64,000 nucleotides of DNA from Lama guanicoe. Lineage: Eukaryota. The DNA is taken from assembly GCA_013239625.1 (NCBI GenBank), contig MU054323.1:19923082-19987081 (forward strand), in the 5' to 3' direction. Each line of letters begins with the position of its first letter. Positions within the stretch are counted from its first letter, which is position 1. A model generated the notes under the pieces. The model had not been told where the DNA came from and searched no databases. It was given only the letters and a program-made list of their open reading frames with translations. A program made the position numbers and the translations under genes. This document shows, piece after piece, positions 40,958 to 55,495 of the stretch.

Positions 40958-43579
40958 TAGTAAGTTTAAGAACCCTTCAAAATTGACTTGTTCATATTTT
41001 AACCCTCAGGGCTAGGAAGTATTTTGAGAAGGAGCAAAGAAATAAGACACTACAACAGTATAAGGAAAAGGAATTAATATCCTTGGACTAAGAAAGGGGA
41101 GTGGGAAAAGCCCCTAGAAAATAGATATGTTCTATTTACTGAACAGATACATTCCTAAAAAGTTTATTGTGAATGCAAATGTGGTACACTCGCCATTGGG
41201 AGAGAAAAAAATGAGAGCGAAGTTTTGAAAATGAAAAGAGCAAGCCTGACTGATTCTGTGGAGTCATCAGAGGAAGGAGCTCTGACCCCAACTTGCTGTG
41301 TGCCTACAAGTAACTCATCTAATTTCTCAGAGTCTTAGTTTACATATCTATGAAATGGCAGGAGGGGTTGTTGATCTTTAAGATAGTCTCTGTTCTGGCT
41401 TTTGTAATCAGTGAGTGTAAATTTAAGTTAATTGCCTTAGGCTCTGATATATTCCTTTGGAAAATTGGAATACTGTGCCTGGAGAAAGTTGCTTTAAGAA
41501 ATCAAGCTTCAGAAGCACTGTATTTTAGCTTAAATATAACTTTAAAATAACATATGAAAAGTAACATGATACATTTTTATTGTGAAATTCAAATAATGCA
41601 GAAATACACCAAAAAGCAACAATTTCCCTTTACCCTTATCCTTCTAATCTCACTCTCCTTGTCAGAAGTAACCCAATTACCAGTTTGATTGTGTATGCTT
41701 CTAGACTTTTTCTATGTGTACATTATATACAAATATAAATATGAAGTTTTTGTTTATATTTTAGAAGTATGTTTTGGTGTGTGTGTTTTAATAAATTACT
41801 CAGTACGTGTTCTGCAATTTGCCTGTTCCACTTAAGTTATCTTGTAGATCTTTCCAATTTCTAGTTCATATACTTGTCTCATTGTTTTTCGTTGTTGCTT
41901 GGTATTCTATGGTGTGAATATATCATAGCTTATTAACCCCATCCAGGGACTTGAGGTCATTTTCAATTTTGTGGCAATAGTAAACACTATACAGAATAGT
42001 AACTTACTGACCTTCACTATATGGCAGTGCTGTGCATTATTTCATCTAATAATCTCAAACCTGAGATAAATACTAATTAGCATGAAGAAATTACGTGAGG
42101 AAACCAGTCACAGAGCTGGTAAGTAGCAAACAGATTTATTTAGGCGGTGTAACAATGTGGAGCTGATGCACAGCCTACCACAGCTTTTATTGGATTCCCA
42201 GAAAGATTGATGTCCCTGAAGAGATGAAGGGACTAGATATTAGGAAGATGTTAGAGAATTTCATAGCTGTAAGGAACTGTGGAGATCAACTACTGTGAGG
42301 CTTTGCATCTCTGGTGCTGCTGCTGCCTTAGTTTATGTGACCCTGTACTTGGTCATCCACACTGGGAAACTTGAGTGAGAGAAGGAGCATTATGATAAGA
42401 TTTTTACTGAGATAGCAGACATGTTTGTCCTGGACAGATTGAGACACACAAACACTTTACCCTTGACCTAGGCCACCATCACCTCTCACACAGGTTACTG
42501 CGTTAGTCTTTGCCTCGTCTCCTTGCACTTTCTTTTACCTTGTTCAAGTCCATTCTAACACAGCAGCCAAAGTAACCTTTTAAAAACAGAAATCTGATTC
42601 TTATCACTTAATAATTTATACCCCATCTGGCTTTGTAAAAGAACATATGTATTCAGTCCTCCTGTGGTTATTGTTAAGATGCAGTGTGAAATAGAGTAAA
42701 GGGCATGTAAACTGTGAGTCAGGAGTCCCCTGTTTGAGTCTCAGATATCAAGACTAGTTTGGTGACCTTGGGCAAGCTATTTAACTTCTCAAGCTATTTC
42801 CCCAAATATAAAATATAGATAGAGCAAGGAGGGGGGTGAGGTAATAAGTATGAAAGGTACTATATAAATGCAGGACATTGTTAATAGTTAACTTCTTGCT
42901 TGTTAGGCCCTTTGAAAAATTGTCTTTGTGTCTTATCACAGTATCTGGCAGGTCGTGGTAGGATTTTTACAAGCTAAACCACCCTTCATGTGACTATCCA
43001 AGTTTCACAAAATAAAAACCTTAGTCATTTAAAAAAAAATCAAAGTCTATAAAAGTTAAGTGACTTATGAAAAGCAAAAGAATATGTTGGTACTAAAACC
43101 CAAGAATAGCCGTTTGGCATTACAGGCTGATAATCTTTCCACTAGGCTCTGCTGCCTACCCCTCACTCCCAAATTAAGAAGATTATATGTTTATAAAAAT
43201 CACATAAATATTTTATCTGTGACTATAATTAAGGTATATAACTCATCTTTCATAAGTTAAGAACAGTTTAGAAAGGCATATCCATGTAATTTAATGACTT
43301 AATCAGGCGCTTTGGCTTACAAGTGATGGCTTGTAAAAAGGGAGTTTTTTAAGATTACATAATGAGCTAAGAGGAATATTAGAATAGCTCTCAGAACTAA
43401 AGGCTCAGGACCTCAGAGGATAGAACTGGAACTCAGGGCAGTCAAGACTTTATCACTGACAACCTTAGGTCTGTATGTCCTTACAACGGACAAGCCATGA
43501 AGGATGGGCTGTATCTCTGGGAAATTTGGGAGGACTGCATTTGGCCTACCCATATCTCACAGCCACTTCTGTGGTAGTA

Positions 43580-43660
43580 TTAGATTGAACCATATGAAAT
43601 GACCAAAAGTCAGTCATATCTTTACCAACTAAAAAGGCCATTTCACATGCTTCAACCTAT
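43580..43660. mobile_element. MADE2-like mariner MITE
   Basis: About 80 bp with TIRs ttagattgaaccatatgaaatg and catttcacatgcttcaacctat, TA on both flanks. Confidence 0.8.
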
Positions 43661-45307
43661 TAATAACAGTGCAGAGTGGTAGAGAGGAGAATGAGGCATC
43701 ATAGATTGACAGCCCTAATAGGACCTCAAAAACTGGTGGAGTTCCACAAAAGAGCTGCTGTTCTTCCTACTAGAAAAAGGAAAATAGGAAAGCATTCTGG
43801 GCAGACAAAAATATAGTAACCGTAGTGTAACACACAGAGTGTGGATCAGCTAGCATTCAGCTAAACTACTGTGGAAATGAGAAAGACCTCAAATAGAAAT
43901 TTCTAAAGTGAGAAGCTGACGTGTTTTACCAGTCCTCTTCTTAAGTATCTCAGATTTTGACAAATCTGCCTTTTATGTAATAAATGTGCCCAGAGCTTTC
44001 AAATTATACCTTTTGTACTTTTCTGTTGTATGTTAAATATTTATTGGATGTTAAACATGTGCAGGGTACCTTCCTCATAACAGTCATATTTAAAGATAAA
44101 GAAATTGAGGTTCAAAGAGGTAAAATAAGTTGCCTAAGGTTACATAACTAATTAACATGGAACTAGAATTTGAAGTCTAAATTGAAGTTAAAACCCAGCT
44201 TTTCCTTCCATCCCAGTACTTCTCAAAGATTGACATTGAAATATCTCTAAAGGCAGAATAGAGTACATATTCACACCTGAAATGACTGTAGGCATGTAAG
44301 ATCTTACATACGAATATGTTTACTACTCCATAATAAATAGTGATAGCTTTGATAAATAGTAATAGTAATAATAAGTGCTGGTAGATTTTTAAATGCCGAG
44401 GGGTTTGTGTTTTTTAAACTCAAACTTTCAGTTAAATTGTCTGCTTAAGATGTCTGGCACATTATCTCAGTATGAGAAAAACAGCATAATGCCTTATTGA
44501 GTGAATGACTGACCCAGTTTATATCATTCAAGTCAAATCATTCTTATATAAGAATCTAAATTCCCCCCTGAATTTACATGCTTACAGTGAGTGAATTAGC
44601 CAGTAGCAATTGGAAGAAGTTTGTAATTGCTGTGTTAGGAAAACTATTTTTTGTTGTTGTTGTTCTTGTTACATACCTAAGGCAAATATTACCTATGTGC
44701 TTTATAGAAACAAAGCCCTTCTTTTTGGTAAGAGAGGTGGGACACTGAGGGGAGAGAAGGAGCAGTGAAAAGTCTTTTGCTAATTATATAGTGGTTATTT
44801 TGTGGAGGATTTGGAGTATAATAATAAAGATGGAAGTAAAGAATGCTTTCTGGTCATTGATGCTGTAGGTAAAGGGTTCACAGTCTGACACATAGAGAAA
44901 AACTGAAGTGATTTGTATTCCTTTATTTTCGTAAGCAAGTATTATGATGATATTATAAGTAAGAAGAATGCTTTGAATAGTTTGCTGTCTTGCAAGTTTC
45001 CAGTCTTCAAAGTGATATGTTTAGGGAACATTTTGGTGAAAAAACAATTGAAGTAATGGTATAATATATGGGAAATTTGACCACAGGAAAATTTTCATAA
45101 TTTTAATTATATGTCAGATATTTTAACTTTTACTATTTTAAATTAGTTCCGATACCTAGGAAAGTCTTTACAGAAATTAATCTGTGTAAAATGATTTTTT
45201 TTTCAATTTTTCTCATCTTTTAAAAGACTTCTCTGGTACAGTTTTATGTTAGATTCTCTCTTAAGCAGTTTACTTTTTAAATAGTTCATATTTTCTTTAT
45301 TTTATAG

Positions 45308-45490
45308 ATGATAGTATTTCTGCTGCAAGTACTTCTGATGTTCAAGATCGCCTCTCAGCTCTTGAGTTACGAGTTCAACAACAAGAAGATGAAATCACTG
45401 TGCTGAAGGCAGCTTTGGCTGATGTTTTGAGGCGTCTTGCAATCTCTGAAGATCATGTAGCCTCAGTGAAAAAATCAGTCCCAAGTAAAG
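45308..45490 (+). CDS. EML4: EML4 exon 2 (183 nt, phase 1-1), N-terminal trimerisation coiled coil
   Basis: Acceptor tttatag|ATGATAGT, donor AAAG|gtaatg. Translates (D)DSISAASTSDVQDRLSALELRVQQQEDEITVLKAALADVLRRLAISEDHVASVKKSVPSK(G), recognised as the EML4 N-terminus. Confidence 0.98.
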
Positions 45491-46349
45491 GTAATGTATT
45501 GTAAAGGAGGAAGAGTTTTGTTTTTTGCAGCATTTTCTTTGAAATAATATATTAAACTTGTGTATTTTTTCAGTGACATTAAGATTGGGAACATAAAATT
45601 ATAGTTTCTCTTTTGGATTACTTGTGATTGTAGTTTGTTTTCCATTTCCTTTTTCTTTATTCTCAAGAAATTCTAAAAGTTTATTATTTATTACTTTAAA
45701 TTGTGAATTTTTATGTAACGCCATTGATTGTACTTACAGGCTTTTATGTCATAGTATTTGTGTGAATTTAAAAGCTTGCAACTAGATAACAGTTTCCCAA
45801 GGGCAGAAACTTGAATCATCTTTTTGTGTCTCCCATTGATTTAGCATTGTATTTTGAACATAGCAGGTAAACACTTACACTTTCTGAATGAATCCTCTTA
45901 TCATTACAGATATGATTTGAACCATTATATTTCATATAGCTTCATTCTAACCTTCTGTGGTCTTAGTCAGCAGAATCCTGAAGAAATTAAACTCAGAAAC
46001 TTATTACCAGCACCAGTTAAATGGAAATTTTAACCTCCAGACTTTGGGGATTTTCATAGATTGAAATAAATGGTTAACAGGACCCTGTTACTCTTGAGTT
46101 TGGAGCAAATGTAGTTTGGCCTTTCTCTTCCTCCTACCACCTAGAAGGAATTTAAAATTCTTTCACATTAATCAAATAATTGAATGCATCATTTCATATA
46201 TCTTACTGATTTCTTGGTAGAATAAAAGAGCATAGGCATGATTATCCCCATTTGGAAATGGGACAAGGAGAAGATTCACTGGCTTATCTCTCTACTTCAC
46301 ATGTCGATGCAAATGATTAACTTAGGGAGGAGTCTTACGTTAACTCCTA

Positions 46350-46440
46350 GGTTTTAGCTAAAGATTGGATAGTTAACCAGGGTATGAGGAACAGATTTGA
46401 AAGAAAGATTATGTATTCACTTTCTGAATATTGAGTTTAA

Positions 46441-46483
<43 letters not shown>

Positions 46484-47300
46484 TGTATAGATAGATACAT
46501 ATTGATAGCTGAATTATAGGTCTAGTCTTCATGTTAGTCTTGACTAGCAATAAAATTTGGGAATGTTCAGCTTATGGATAGTCAAAGCCATAGAAAGAGG
46601 ATGTAAAATGAGAAGTCGGCTTAGGATAGTTCTGTTGGGAGCTCCAATATTTCAGCAAAGCAAAGAAAGTGATTCATGTTGCCAGCTGCTACAAAGAGGT
46701 CAAGTAAAACAAAGACTGAGAGGTGACCATTGGATTTGACATTTATGAGAATATTAGAAAGCTCTCCAAAAGCAATTTTAGTGGAGTGATAGGATTACAA
46801 ATCTAATTGCAGTATTTTGAGACGCAGCAGTGGAGACTTGTGGAATCAAGAGCAGCAACTATAGCCACTCTTTTTAAAAAATTTACCTGAGAGGAGAAGA
46901 GAGTAGTAGCTAGAAGAGGATACTAAATTGAAGGCCGGTTTTAATTTTTATTTTTGAAGATGCTGTAGACTTGAGCACAAAAATATGTTGAAGACAAAAA
47001 GGCAACAGAGAGGAAGATGATATTGGTGGGGGAAAGGTAGTGGTAACTGAGGCAAGTTTTCTGACAGTTTGAGGAAGGGTCTTAGTAAAAAAAAAAATTA
47101 CTGTTAGTCTTAGGTGGAAAGAAGACTACTTCTGAGATAGAATGGAAAGAAACAAAACAAAGTGGAGGTTGATATTCACAGTTGTCAGGGCTGAAAGTGT
47201 CACTCCTTACCACTTTCTCCTCAGGAGATAGTGATGCCCTTTAAAAAAGTAAGACAGTTCCTAGGTGATGAAAAAAAAAAGAGTAAATGTTTGGAGTGGT
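46350..47300. mobile_element. L2 remnant
   Basis: Purine-rich L2 motifs (gagaggtgaccattggatttgac; aagcaattttagtggagtgataggatt). Confidence 0.6.
46444..46481. repeat. (AT)19 microsatellite
   Basis: Direct reading. Confidence 0.95.
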
Positions 47301-48547
47301 TAGAGAGTAGAGAATGGAAGATCACACACGTGAAAGAAATGCTCAGTGACCCTGATGGTATTGAAGGAGGAAATTTTGAGGGAGGGGTGTTGATCCTGCC
47401 TGGTTTTGTGAATCCCATTCTTAAACCTCCCACCATCAAACAGTCTGGACCTTTGTGTTAATAGTGCAGGATTGATCTTTTCCGTTAGTGGTTAGTAAGA
47501 TAAGTGTATCAATAGCATGGGATAAGGACCTAAGAGTTTGGCAAAAGACTTCGTTGAAACCACTTGGGTTAATAATGTTATATTGTGAGTTTTTAATTTT
47601 TTTGAGAACCCACTTTGAGGACTGCCCAGATCAAGCCAGGAAAGAATTTATTTTGTTACAAATTGATTTTTATAAGAGAATTCTAGAGCTATTAGAATAG
47701 AAGATGGGCAGATCAGTTAATGTATATGGGCTTTTCAGGGAAGGTAAAACTGCATAGAGAGAGGACAAGTTTTCTATAATTGACATATATACCCTCAGCT
47801 TCTGACTCTGTGTAAGTATTTTAAATCCTGTAAGAGAAAGTGACATGCTATTTGGTGTCATTTTAAAAAGTTTATTTTAAATAATTTGTGTTAGCCTAAA
47901 TATTTTTAGATTTGTATTATGCTAAAACAATAGTACATTGTAATCTTGTGTTGAGAAAAAATTAAACAATGGTTTTCATTATTTCAGTAAGGTATTTCAG
48001 TAAAGAAATAGACTTTTCTTTAAATTCAGCATATAGACGATATTTTGTATGATACCTCAGTTACTTAGCACCTGCAGTGCCTGTTTTGGTGCCATGAAAT
48101 ACAAATAGCTATGGTTCCTATCCCCCAGGAACATACTTTTTGTAAGTTGTCCTTTTCTAGTTGTCATTCATAATTCCTGTGTCTCTAAAATAAGTTTAGA
48201 AACAGTTTTGTTACAGGCTCTTTAGTGGAGATTTATCTAGTTCTGGAGCCACCTGCAGCTGCTACATCAGAACTTTTTCTTTCCACATAGTACTACCAAC
48301 TCTTAAATCTTATTAATAATGTTATTAATTAGATACTGAGTTCATTTCCATTAATCCTACTTCGACTGCTATTCTTATAGTATGCTAATGTGATTACATG
48401 TTAGAATGGGGTCCACCAGTGATTATTCTTTAAAGTTACTTTATTACTTTAGACATAGGCTTTGAATTGCTGGCTGTAAAATGGATTGATGAGGGGAGGA
48501 TTGGTTATATAATAATTTAGGGAGATATTATTTAAGAGATGAGCAGA

Positions 48548-48650
48548 GGGGGAGGATATAGCTCAGTGGTAGAGTACATGTCTAGCATGCACAGGGTCCT
48601 GGATTCAATCCCCAGTACCTCCATTAAAAATAAATTTAGCAAAAAGAAAG
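48548..48650 (+). mobile_element. Camelid tRNA-derived SINE
   Basis: GGGGGAGGATATAGCTCAGTGGTAGAGTACATGTCTAGCATGCACAGGGTCCTGGATTCAATCCCCAGTACCTCC with A and B boxes and an A-rich tail. Confidence 0.9.
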
Positions 48651-51635
48651 AGAGAGAGAGATAAACATAATTCATTAAGAATTACTCTATTAACTGTTAG
48701 TGAAAAAATTTGACCAATTATGTTTTCTGATATTGATCTAGAGAGCTGCATAGCTCAAGTTTTATTAATTTTATTTTTGGCAATTCTAAGCAGCTTTATC
48801 TTGGAATTTATATATAGTATACTATAGAAAGTAATTGGAAGAGAAATACTAATATTAAGTGATTCTACACTATTGTCATTTGTATGTAACCTTAAAAAGA
48901 TCAACTGTCAGTTTTGAAATTAAATAGGATTAATGTATTAATGGTGTAAATATTTTGGAATAAACATTTTAAGCAAAGTATTTTCTAACCAATGAAATTA
49001 TTTTATAGGGATTTTGTGTTTTTTCCTTCAATTAAAAAGTGAAGAACCTGAAATTAATGTTATGTTATATGTCAGTTACACCTGAGTTTTTTAAAAAAAG
49101 ATCGAGTCATTTCTGATACTGTGGGAACATTTTATATGTGAATTTTTCTTAGTCCCCTGTGAAATTAGAATTTGTAGTATTCACTTTCGCATAAATTGCT
49201 GACAGGACAATAATCACTTCCATCTTCTTAAGGTATTTACAATTTCTAGAGGATTTTTCTTTAGAGGTAAGACTAAACTACTTTGGATAGAATAGGTAGA
49301 ACCCTTCTATTGAAGCTATAGTTAAAGGTATAGGTCAACTTCCTTGTTGAGTGAATACAACTATTATATAGTTTTGCTAGAAGGTGGTGATATGGAAACA
49401 TGACTTGGCTTCAGGTGTGGCTAAAACTAAATGTGTCTGCTAATGGTTTAATGATGTTCTATATCACTTCATAGTAGTATTGCCATTCAGTAGATGCCAA
49501 AATCAGAAACACACCTAACTAGTCATTTCAGTATTTTTAATTCTCTTCTTTTAGTTTATCCTTGCCAGTGTGCCAGTAGTATTAAAAGCTAAGCCCCATT
49601 TTTTTTTCTTGAATATATTATGCCAGATAGTTAACTGAGGTAGAAAGTTTTCCCAATAGTTTTTAAGGTGGCCAGTCATTTAAATTTCTCATATACCTTC
49701 TCTTCTGTTGGAGAATTCTTTCCTTTTGACGGCATATGTTCATAATATATGCACCAGTTGCAGCTGAATCCCTGCCAAAAGAAAAAAAAATTACCTGTAC
49801 TCTGGAGCAAAAGGGAAGGCCTAGGGAACACTTTGGCAGTTTTAACTGCCAGAAAGACAAATTATGTCACAGCTGGTGCCTGGGAAACCCATTAAGACCT
49901 CTTGGGGTGACCAAATGAATGTAATTTGAGAGTACAGCCCAGTGGCAATATGTGAAGACAGTCTGTTAGTACACAATGGTATAAAAGCAAAGGAGTCAGA
50001 TTATCTGAAGGTGGGAAATAGTCATTTTAAACCAGGAAACTGCTGGTAAACCAAAAGTATCAAACATTGTAACTGCCACTTGAGAAATGAGAGAACCCAG
50101 AGGCAAACTTGAAATTTAGAGGATGTCAGTTCTCCAAAAGAAACATTCCTAATTATGTAGAATCTGAGAGAGTGTACAGGCACGGATCTGTATCATTTGG
50201 CTCTTACTCCAAATAACATTTGTGAGAAGACAGGGATTGTCATGGTTTTGCTGTAAATGTTGTTTATAAGTAAATTACATTAATCATGTTAGAAGGTGTG
50301 AACTTCCTTGTTGGAGTCCTTGGGCTAAAATGATTCATAATTGTGGTAGGGGATGGGAGAGTGTCCTATTATTTTAACTACAGATCAAAGACTTCTAAGC
50401 TGCTCTTTTTATATGAAAGTGTATGAGTGGATATTGCCTCAGATCAGGCAGCAATTACCACTTACAGAGCTCCATTTCTCTATGGAAATCAAATGGTCTT
50501 TGGTCATTTCTACTCAAAATATACTTAAAAAGAAAAATCAGTGGCCAAGAGTTAAGAGGACAAAAGTACACCTTCTTGTGAGATAAGAGGAAAAGAGAAA
50601 TGTACAGATAAAGTTCCAAATAGAAAAGATAAAATTTGATGATGTATGTATAGTCCTCAATCTTCTCAAAGAATGAACCACAGTAATTGACAGATTGAAA
50701 AAGGTGGCAGGAAGCTTGAAAATGTGAGGAGAGTGGAAGAGGTATGCAGCTGGGGCTGTGGGGCATATGATAAGGAATCTGAGATAAATAAAAGATTTTG
50801 AGTATTAACTAAAGTTCTTCCTTTATGGACCATCTTTATCCTTCTCTTGGTCAGAAATTTCCCCATCCTATAAGACCTCAAATTAATTCCTGAAAATGAT
50901 CTACTTTTTGTCTCTTCTTGGAGTTGTTTTATAATTTAATTATATGTCTCTTTTGGTATATTTATTGCTCCTGCTGGGTTATAAACCTTTTGAAGACAGG
51001 GACAGTTTTTTACTAACATATTGGGATGTCTCAATAAATAACTTGTTAAATGTGGCAAGAAGGTAGGTACAGAAACAGGAAGTTATTTTAAAAGTTGCTT
51101 TTTGGACAAAGGGATTGGGATAGATTCAGGAATAAGAGGATATTACAGATGAGGGTAAGGAGATGGATTTCAGATTTTGAGATGTTGGATGTGCAACAGT
51201 TCCTAGTAGTAACTTTACTGTATGGGTGTAAACTATAATGAAATTCACTAGTATTTAGGAACTGTCAGGCGAAGATATCAGAAAGGTCATCTGCTTGAGT
51301 CTATCATCAAGGAGTATAAACCATAATGATTAGTATTCTCATGTCATGATAAAGTAAGATAAAGTATAAAAATTATCATTTGCATTTCAGTCCTGGTATT
51401 ATGATGGTTTCCACTGTGATTAAATCTAAATTAGTACCTTCCTAGTTTATAGACTTCTAGCCTAAATCTCTTCTATTTCAGCTGAGTTGCTGCTCCGAAA
51501 TAGAACTTTTTTTGTACCTTTGGTTACTAGAGGTCACTATTGCTTCCAGTCTTGCAGGCTAATTTTGAGAGGGCTCAGACTTTGTAAGGCCTAAGCCCTG
51601 GGGGAGGGGTATGTATATATGCAAACATACATACC

Positions 51636-51638
<3 letters not shown>

Positions 51639-51674
<36 letters not shown>
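51639..51674. repeat. (GT)18 microsatellite
   Basis: Direct reading. Confidence 0.95.
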
Positions 51675-51677
<3 letters not shown>

Positions 51678-52149
51678 AGAAAGACAGTGCTAATGATACA
51701 TTCTAGATATAAATTTGTGTAACTGCAGTAATCATTTTTGTGCTCCTTTCTTCCACTTAGGTTCCTAATATTCTAAATTTCAAGAATATACTTTAGACTT
51801 TTCAGCTGAAAAACAAACAGTTCCTTTTTGTTTGTCTGCTTTACTTAACTCATTGCTTCTACTTTGGGAGGTCAGTCACTCTTTTATTCAAATACTAAGG
51901 GTTCCCAGTACTGAGAGTTACCTCAAATTTAATGGTAGGATTGAAAGTGACCATGAAAATCTTCTTTTGGTCTTTTCTTGCTCTTTGTATAAGGATCTAG
52001 GGACTGTCATAATTAGTACTATTCTCTGCTTAGAATTTCCTTTTCCCCTCCTCTATCTGATGATTTCCCACCTGCTATCCTGGCATAGCTCAAAGTGTCA
52101 TTCCCCACAAGGCAGAATTATTTCCTTCCATTTACTTACCATTCCTTCT

Positions 52150-52360
52150 GCCTGGACTCAAATCCTGATTTCACTGCCTGCTACAATATAACCTTGAGCG
52201 CATTAATAATCTCTCTAAGCTTTAGTTTTTTCGTCAGCAAAACTGGGATAATGGTAAATCCCTTTTAGGATTATAGTGAAGATTGGAGGACATAATAATT
52301 ATAAAGTACTTAGGACAACAATGTTTAGCACTTAGCAAGTGCTTGGTAATTCATATTACT
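52150..52360 (+). mobile_element. MIR SINE
   Basis: tcaaatcctgatttcactgcc...aaccttgagc...ctctctaagctttagtttt...aaaactgggataat...gtgaagatt. Confidence 0.7.
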
Positions 52361-53752
52361 CCACACTACTTACTATGTTGACAGTTGTCTCTTTCCTTCA
52401 TCTTTTCAATGTACTAGGCACTGTTTTATGTACTGGAGGTAAAAGAAATAAAAGACACTGACTTTGTCTCTGCAGGGCTTCAGGTAAAGTGAAAAGATAG
52501 ATAACTCAATAATTACAACCATATGATAATTGGTATTAAAAAGGTAAATTTAGGGTGTAGTGGGTGCACTTAACTCAGACTGGAATTGAAGTTTCCTTGC
52601 AGGAGGTGACATCAGCATTCATCTATCTTCATGGTCTTAACATCCACTTATTGGTGCCAATCCCCAAATTGTAAATCTATATTCTAGACTTCAGCACATA
52701 AGAATGACCTGTCTTCTTACTAGATTGTTCTGCTTGTATGTCTTTCAGAATTCATTAATGCAAAATGTCCCCAAACTGAAATAATCATCTTTTAAGACCT
52801 AAATATTTCTTAAACCTGCTCCTCTTTTCATTTATGTGACTTAGCTCTTGTTTCAGGTCCCCATCATAACTCTGCTTAGACTACTGCTCTGAAACCTGCT
52901 CTTCACATAGCCACTAGGTTTTCTCTAAATGTAAATGTGGTCCTGTTCCCTATATATAAGATCTCCATGATCTAACTCTTGCGTACCTCTCCCATCTGGA
53001 CTTTCCTCTACCATCTGAACTCTGCTCTTTCTTGTTCTGCATTCTCACCACAGAAAGATCTTTTTGTCTATCCCGTCCTCATGCCATACACACTTAAGCA
53101 CACCACCTTGCTGTTACCTTTTTTTTTCTTTTCACACGTGCTAGAATAAGATCCCAATATCTTATCACCTCCCTTTTACCTGGCTATCTCTTACTCATCC
53201 TTTAAGACTTTGTTCTGTATTTTTTCTAGGAAGCCTTTCTTGAACTGTGTCTCTAATCATCCTTACAGAATTATGTGTCTTTGTACTTTTATTATACTCT
53301 GTTCATAATCACTGTTATTGTACTTAGCCACATGTTTTCATTTCTAGTGTGATTCTCTTGCAAGATTTTAATTCCTTGGTGCTAGTAGCTGCCTTGTACT
53401 CTCTTGTAAACACAGGCTAGGATCATAACAGACCCTGAGTAAATATTTGATGGGTAGGTGGATGATGAATATGTTAATTTAGGCAGGCAGAGGTTATTAG
53501 CATTTGCCAGAGAGAAGGATCATATAGGTGCAAGGCGCAGAGGAGTTAAAAATTACTTAGTTTAAGAGTTTATAATAAATTGAAGCGTGAGATGTGAAGC
53601 TGGGAGTGTCAAGAAATGAGCCTCAACTGGTAGATAGGGCCCATAGTGAAAGGTTTTCTTACACCTTGCTAAGGAATTTAGTTTTTATCCTGAAGGTGCC
53701 GTAGAGCCATTAAAGGATTTAAAATTGGAGAGTGACAGGTAGATTTACATTA

Positions 53753-53926
53753 ACCCATTAATTCTAAGATGCCTGTGTTTCTTGCATTTTAACATCTCTG
53801 GAATTGCATTGCATTTTACAACTGATTGTGTCTTAACAGTTCTCATAGGCAACACTTCTTTCTAGTGCTGTTCAAGATAATGGTGTATATTACAATTGAT
53901 GGCGTATTAAATTCAAAGATACACAG
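53753..53926. mobile_element. MER96-like DNA transposon remnant
   Basis: ttctaagatgc...cattttaacatctctg...ataatggtgtatattacaattgatggcgtattaaattc. Confidence 0.55.
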
Positions 53927-54169
53927 CGTGTTTTAGAAAGGTATTCTGGCACAGTGTACAGAATGCTTTAAAAGCAAGGTAATACTGCAAGAAGAGAGAA
54001 TAGAGATAAACTGAACATAGTCCAGAAGAGGAATTTGAGGCAACAGTAGTGAAGGTGCATTCATTTAGTCATTTAGAAATTAAGTGCTTTCTATGTGCTA
54101 AGCATAGGGATACATACAAGAATCACAAAACAAGTAAGGTTTGCAGATACAGTTACAGATTATAGTAAG

Positions 54170-55245
54170 TGGTTTAAGTCAAAGTGGATCATAGACTTCA
54201 GTGTAAGGGCTTAAACCAGAAAACTTCTAAAAGAAAGTACAAATACAATAAAAGAAAATACAAAATACAAATGTCAAAAAACTTTAACTAGAATATATAA
54301 AATACACTTACAACTCAGTTATTAAGAAGGCAGACTATTTTAAAAATAGGCAAAAGATTTGAATAGACACTTCACCAAAAAAGATACATATGGATGTCAA
54401 GTAAGTACATGAAAAGATATTTAACACATTTAGAATTAAGGTAATGCAAATTAAAACCACAATGAGATACCACTATGTGCTCACCAGGATGGCTAAAATT
54501 TAAAAGTTTGGTCATTCCAAGTATTTGCAGGGATGTGGAGCCACGCAAACTCTGTATAAATGTTAGGAATTTAAATGGTATAACCACTTTGGAAAACAAC
54601 TTAGCACTTTCTGAAAACGTTAAGTATTCACCTACCACCCAATCTAGGTATTTACCTTTGAAAAATGAAAGCATATGTTCACTCAAAGACTTGTATACTT
54701 AGGTTCATCATAGTTTTATTTATAACAGAAAACTGGAAACAACCTAGATGTCAACAGGTAAATAAGTAAATGAATTAAAACATTGTGGTATCTCCATATA
54801 ATGGAATAGTATTGGGTTACAAAAAAGAATAATCTGTTGATACACTTACCAACTCAGATGAATCTCAAAATAATTATGCTGAATTTTGAAAGGCAAGCAA
54901 AAAAGATATATACTCTATAATTCCACTTTTATAAAATTCTAGAATATGCAAACTAATCTATAGTGCTAGGAAGTAGATGAGTGATTGCCCAGAGAGTGAA
55001 AGAGGGAGAGATGGATTATGAGGGACACAAGGAAACTTTAGAGAATGATGGCCATATTTACTATCTTGATTGTGGTGATTGTTTCACACGTATTATATAT
55101 GTGTCAAAACTTACATGTATGTCATGTAAGTATGTCAGAATACATATGTATGTCATATATATATGTCAGAAAAAGTAAATTGTACACTTTATGTGCAACT
55201 TATTGTGTGTTTTATCTCAGCAAAACTGGGGAAAATTTTTTTTAA
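54170..55245 (+). mobile_element. L1M ORF2 3' end and 3'UTR
   Basis: ggcaaaagatttgaatagacacttcacc...atgcaaattaaaaccacaatgagataccac...aactggaaacaacctagatgtc. Confidence 0.88.
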
Positions 55246-55291
55246 AGAATTATAGAAGCAACAGAGGACTTAGATAACAGTGATGTGTTGA

Positions 55292-55495
55292 TTTCTTTTT
55301 TTGACATATTTTATAGTGGTAAAATATACATAATGTAAAATTTACTACTTTAACCATTTTTAGGTGTACAGTTCAGTGGCATTAAATACATTCACATTGT
55401 TATGCAACCATCACTACCATCCATTTCTAGAACTCTTTCGTATTCCCAAACTGAAACTCTATCCATTTGTTCCTCCCCTCTTCACCCAGCCACTA
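55292..55495 (-). mobile_element. L1MA/MB 3' end
   Basis: gtggtaaaatatacataatgtaaaatttact...ggtgtacagttcagtggcattaaatacattcacattgttatgcaaccatcac. Confidence 0.85.

Noticed and set aside
1..45307. Canonical EML4 exon 1 and CpG-island promoter
   Set aside because: No CpG island or MDGFAGSL-coding sequence was seen, so it must lie upstream of the window.
48548..48625. tRNA gene (A/B boxes, TAGCTCAGTGGTAGAG)
   Set aside because: Several diverged copies with A-rich tails and TSDs and no intact cloverleaf, so these are tRNA-derived SINEs.
51600..51636. GGGGAGGGGTAT SINE-like start and 10-bp inverted repeat gggtatgtat/atacataccc
   Set aside because: No SINE body follows, and it is low-complexity sequence beside a (GT)n tract.
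54372..54702. Overlapping ORFs of 104 aa (-) and 75 aa (+)
   Set aside because: They lie within a decayed L1 ORF2 remnant.
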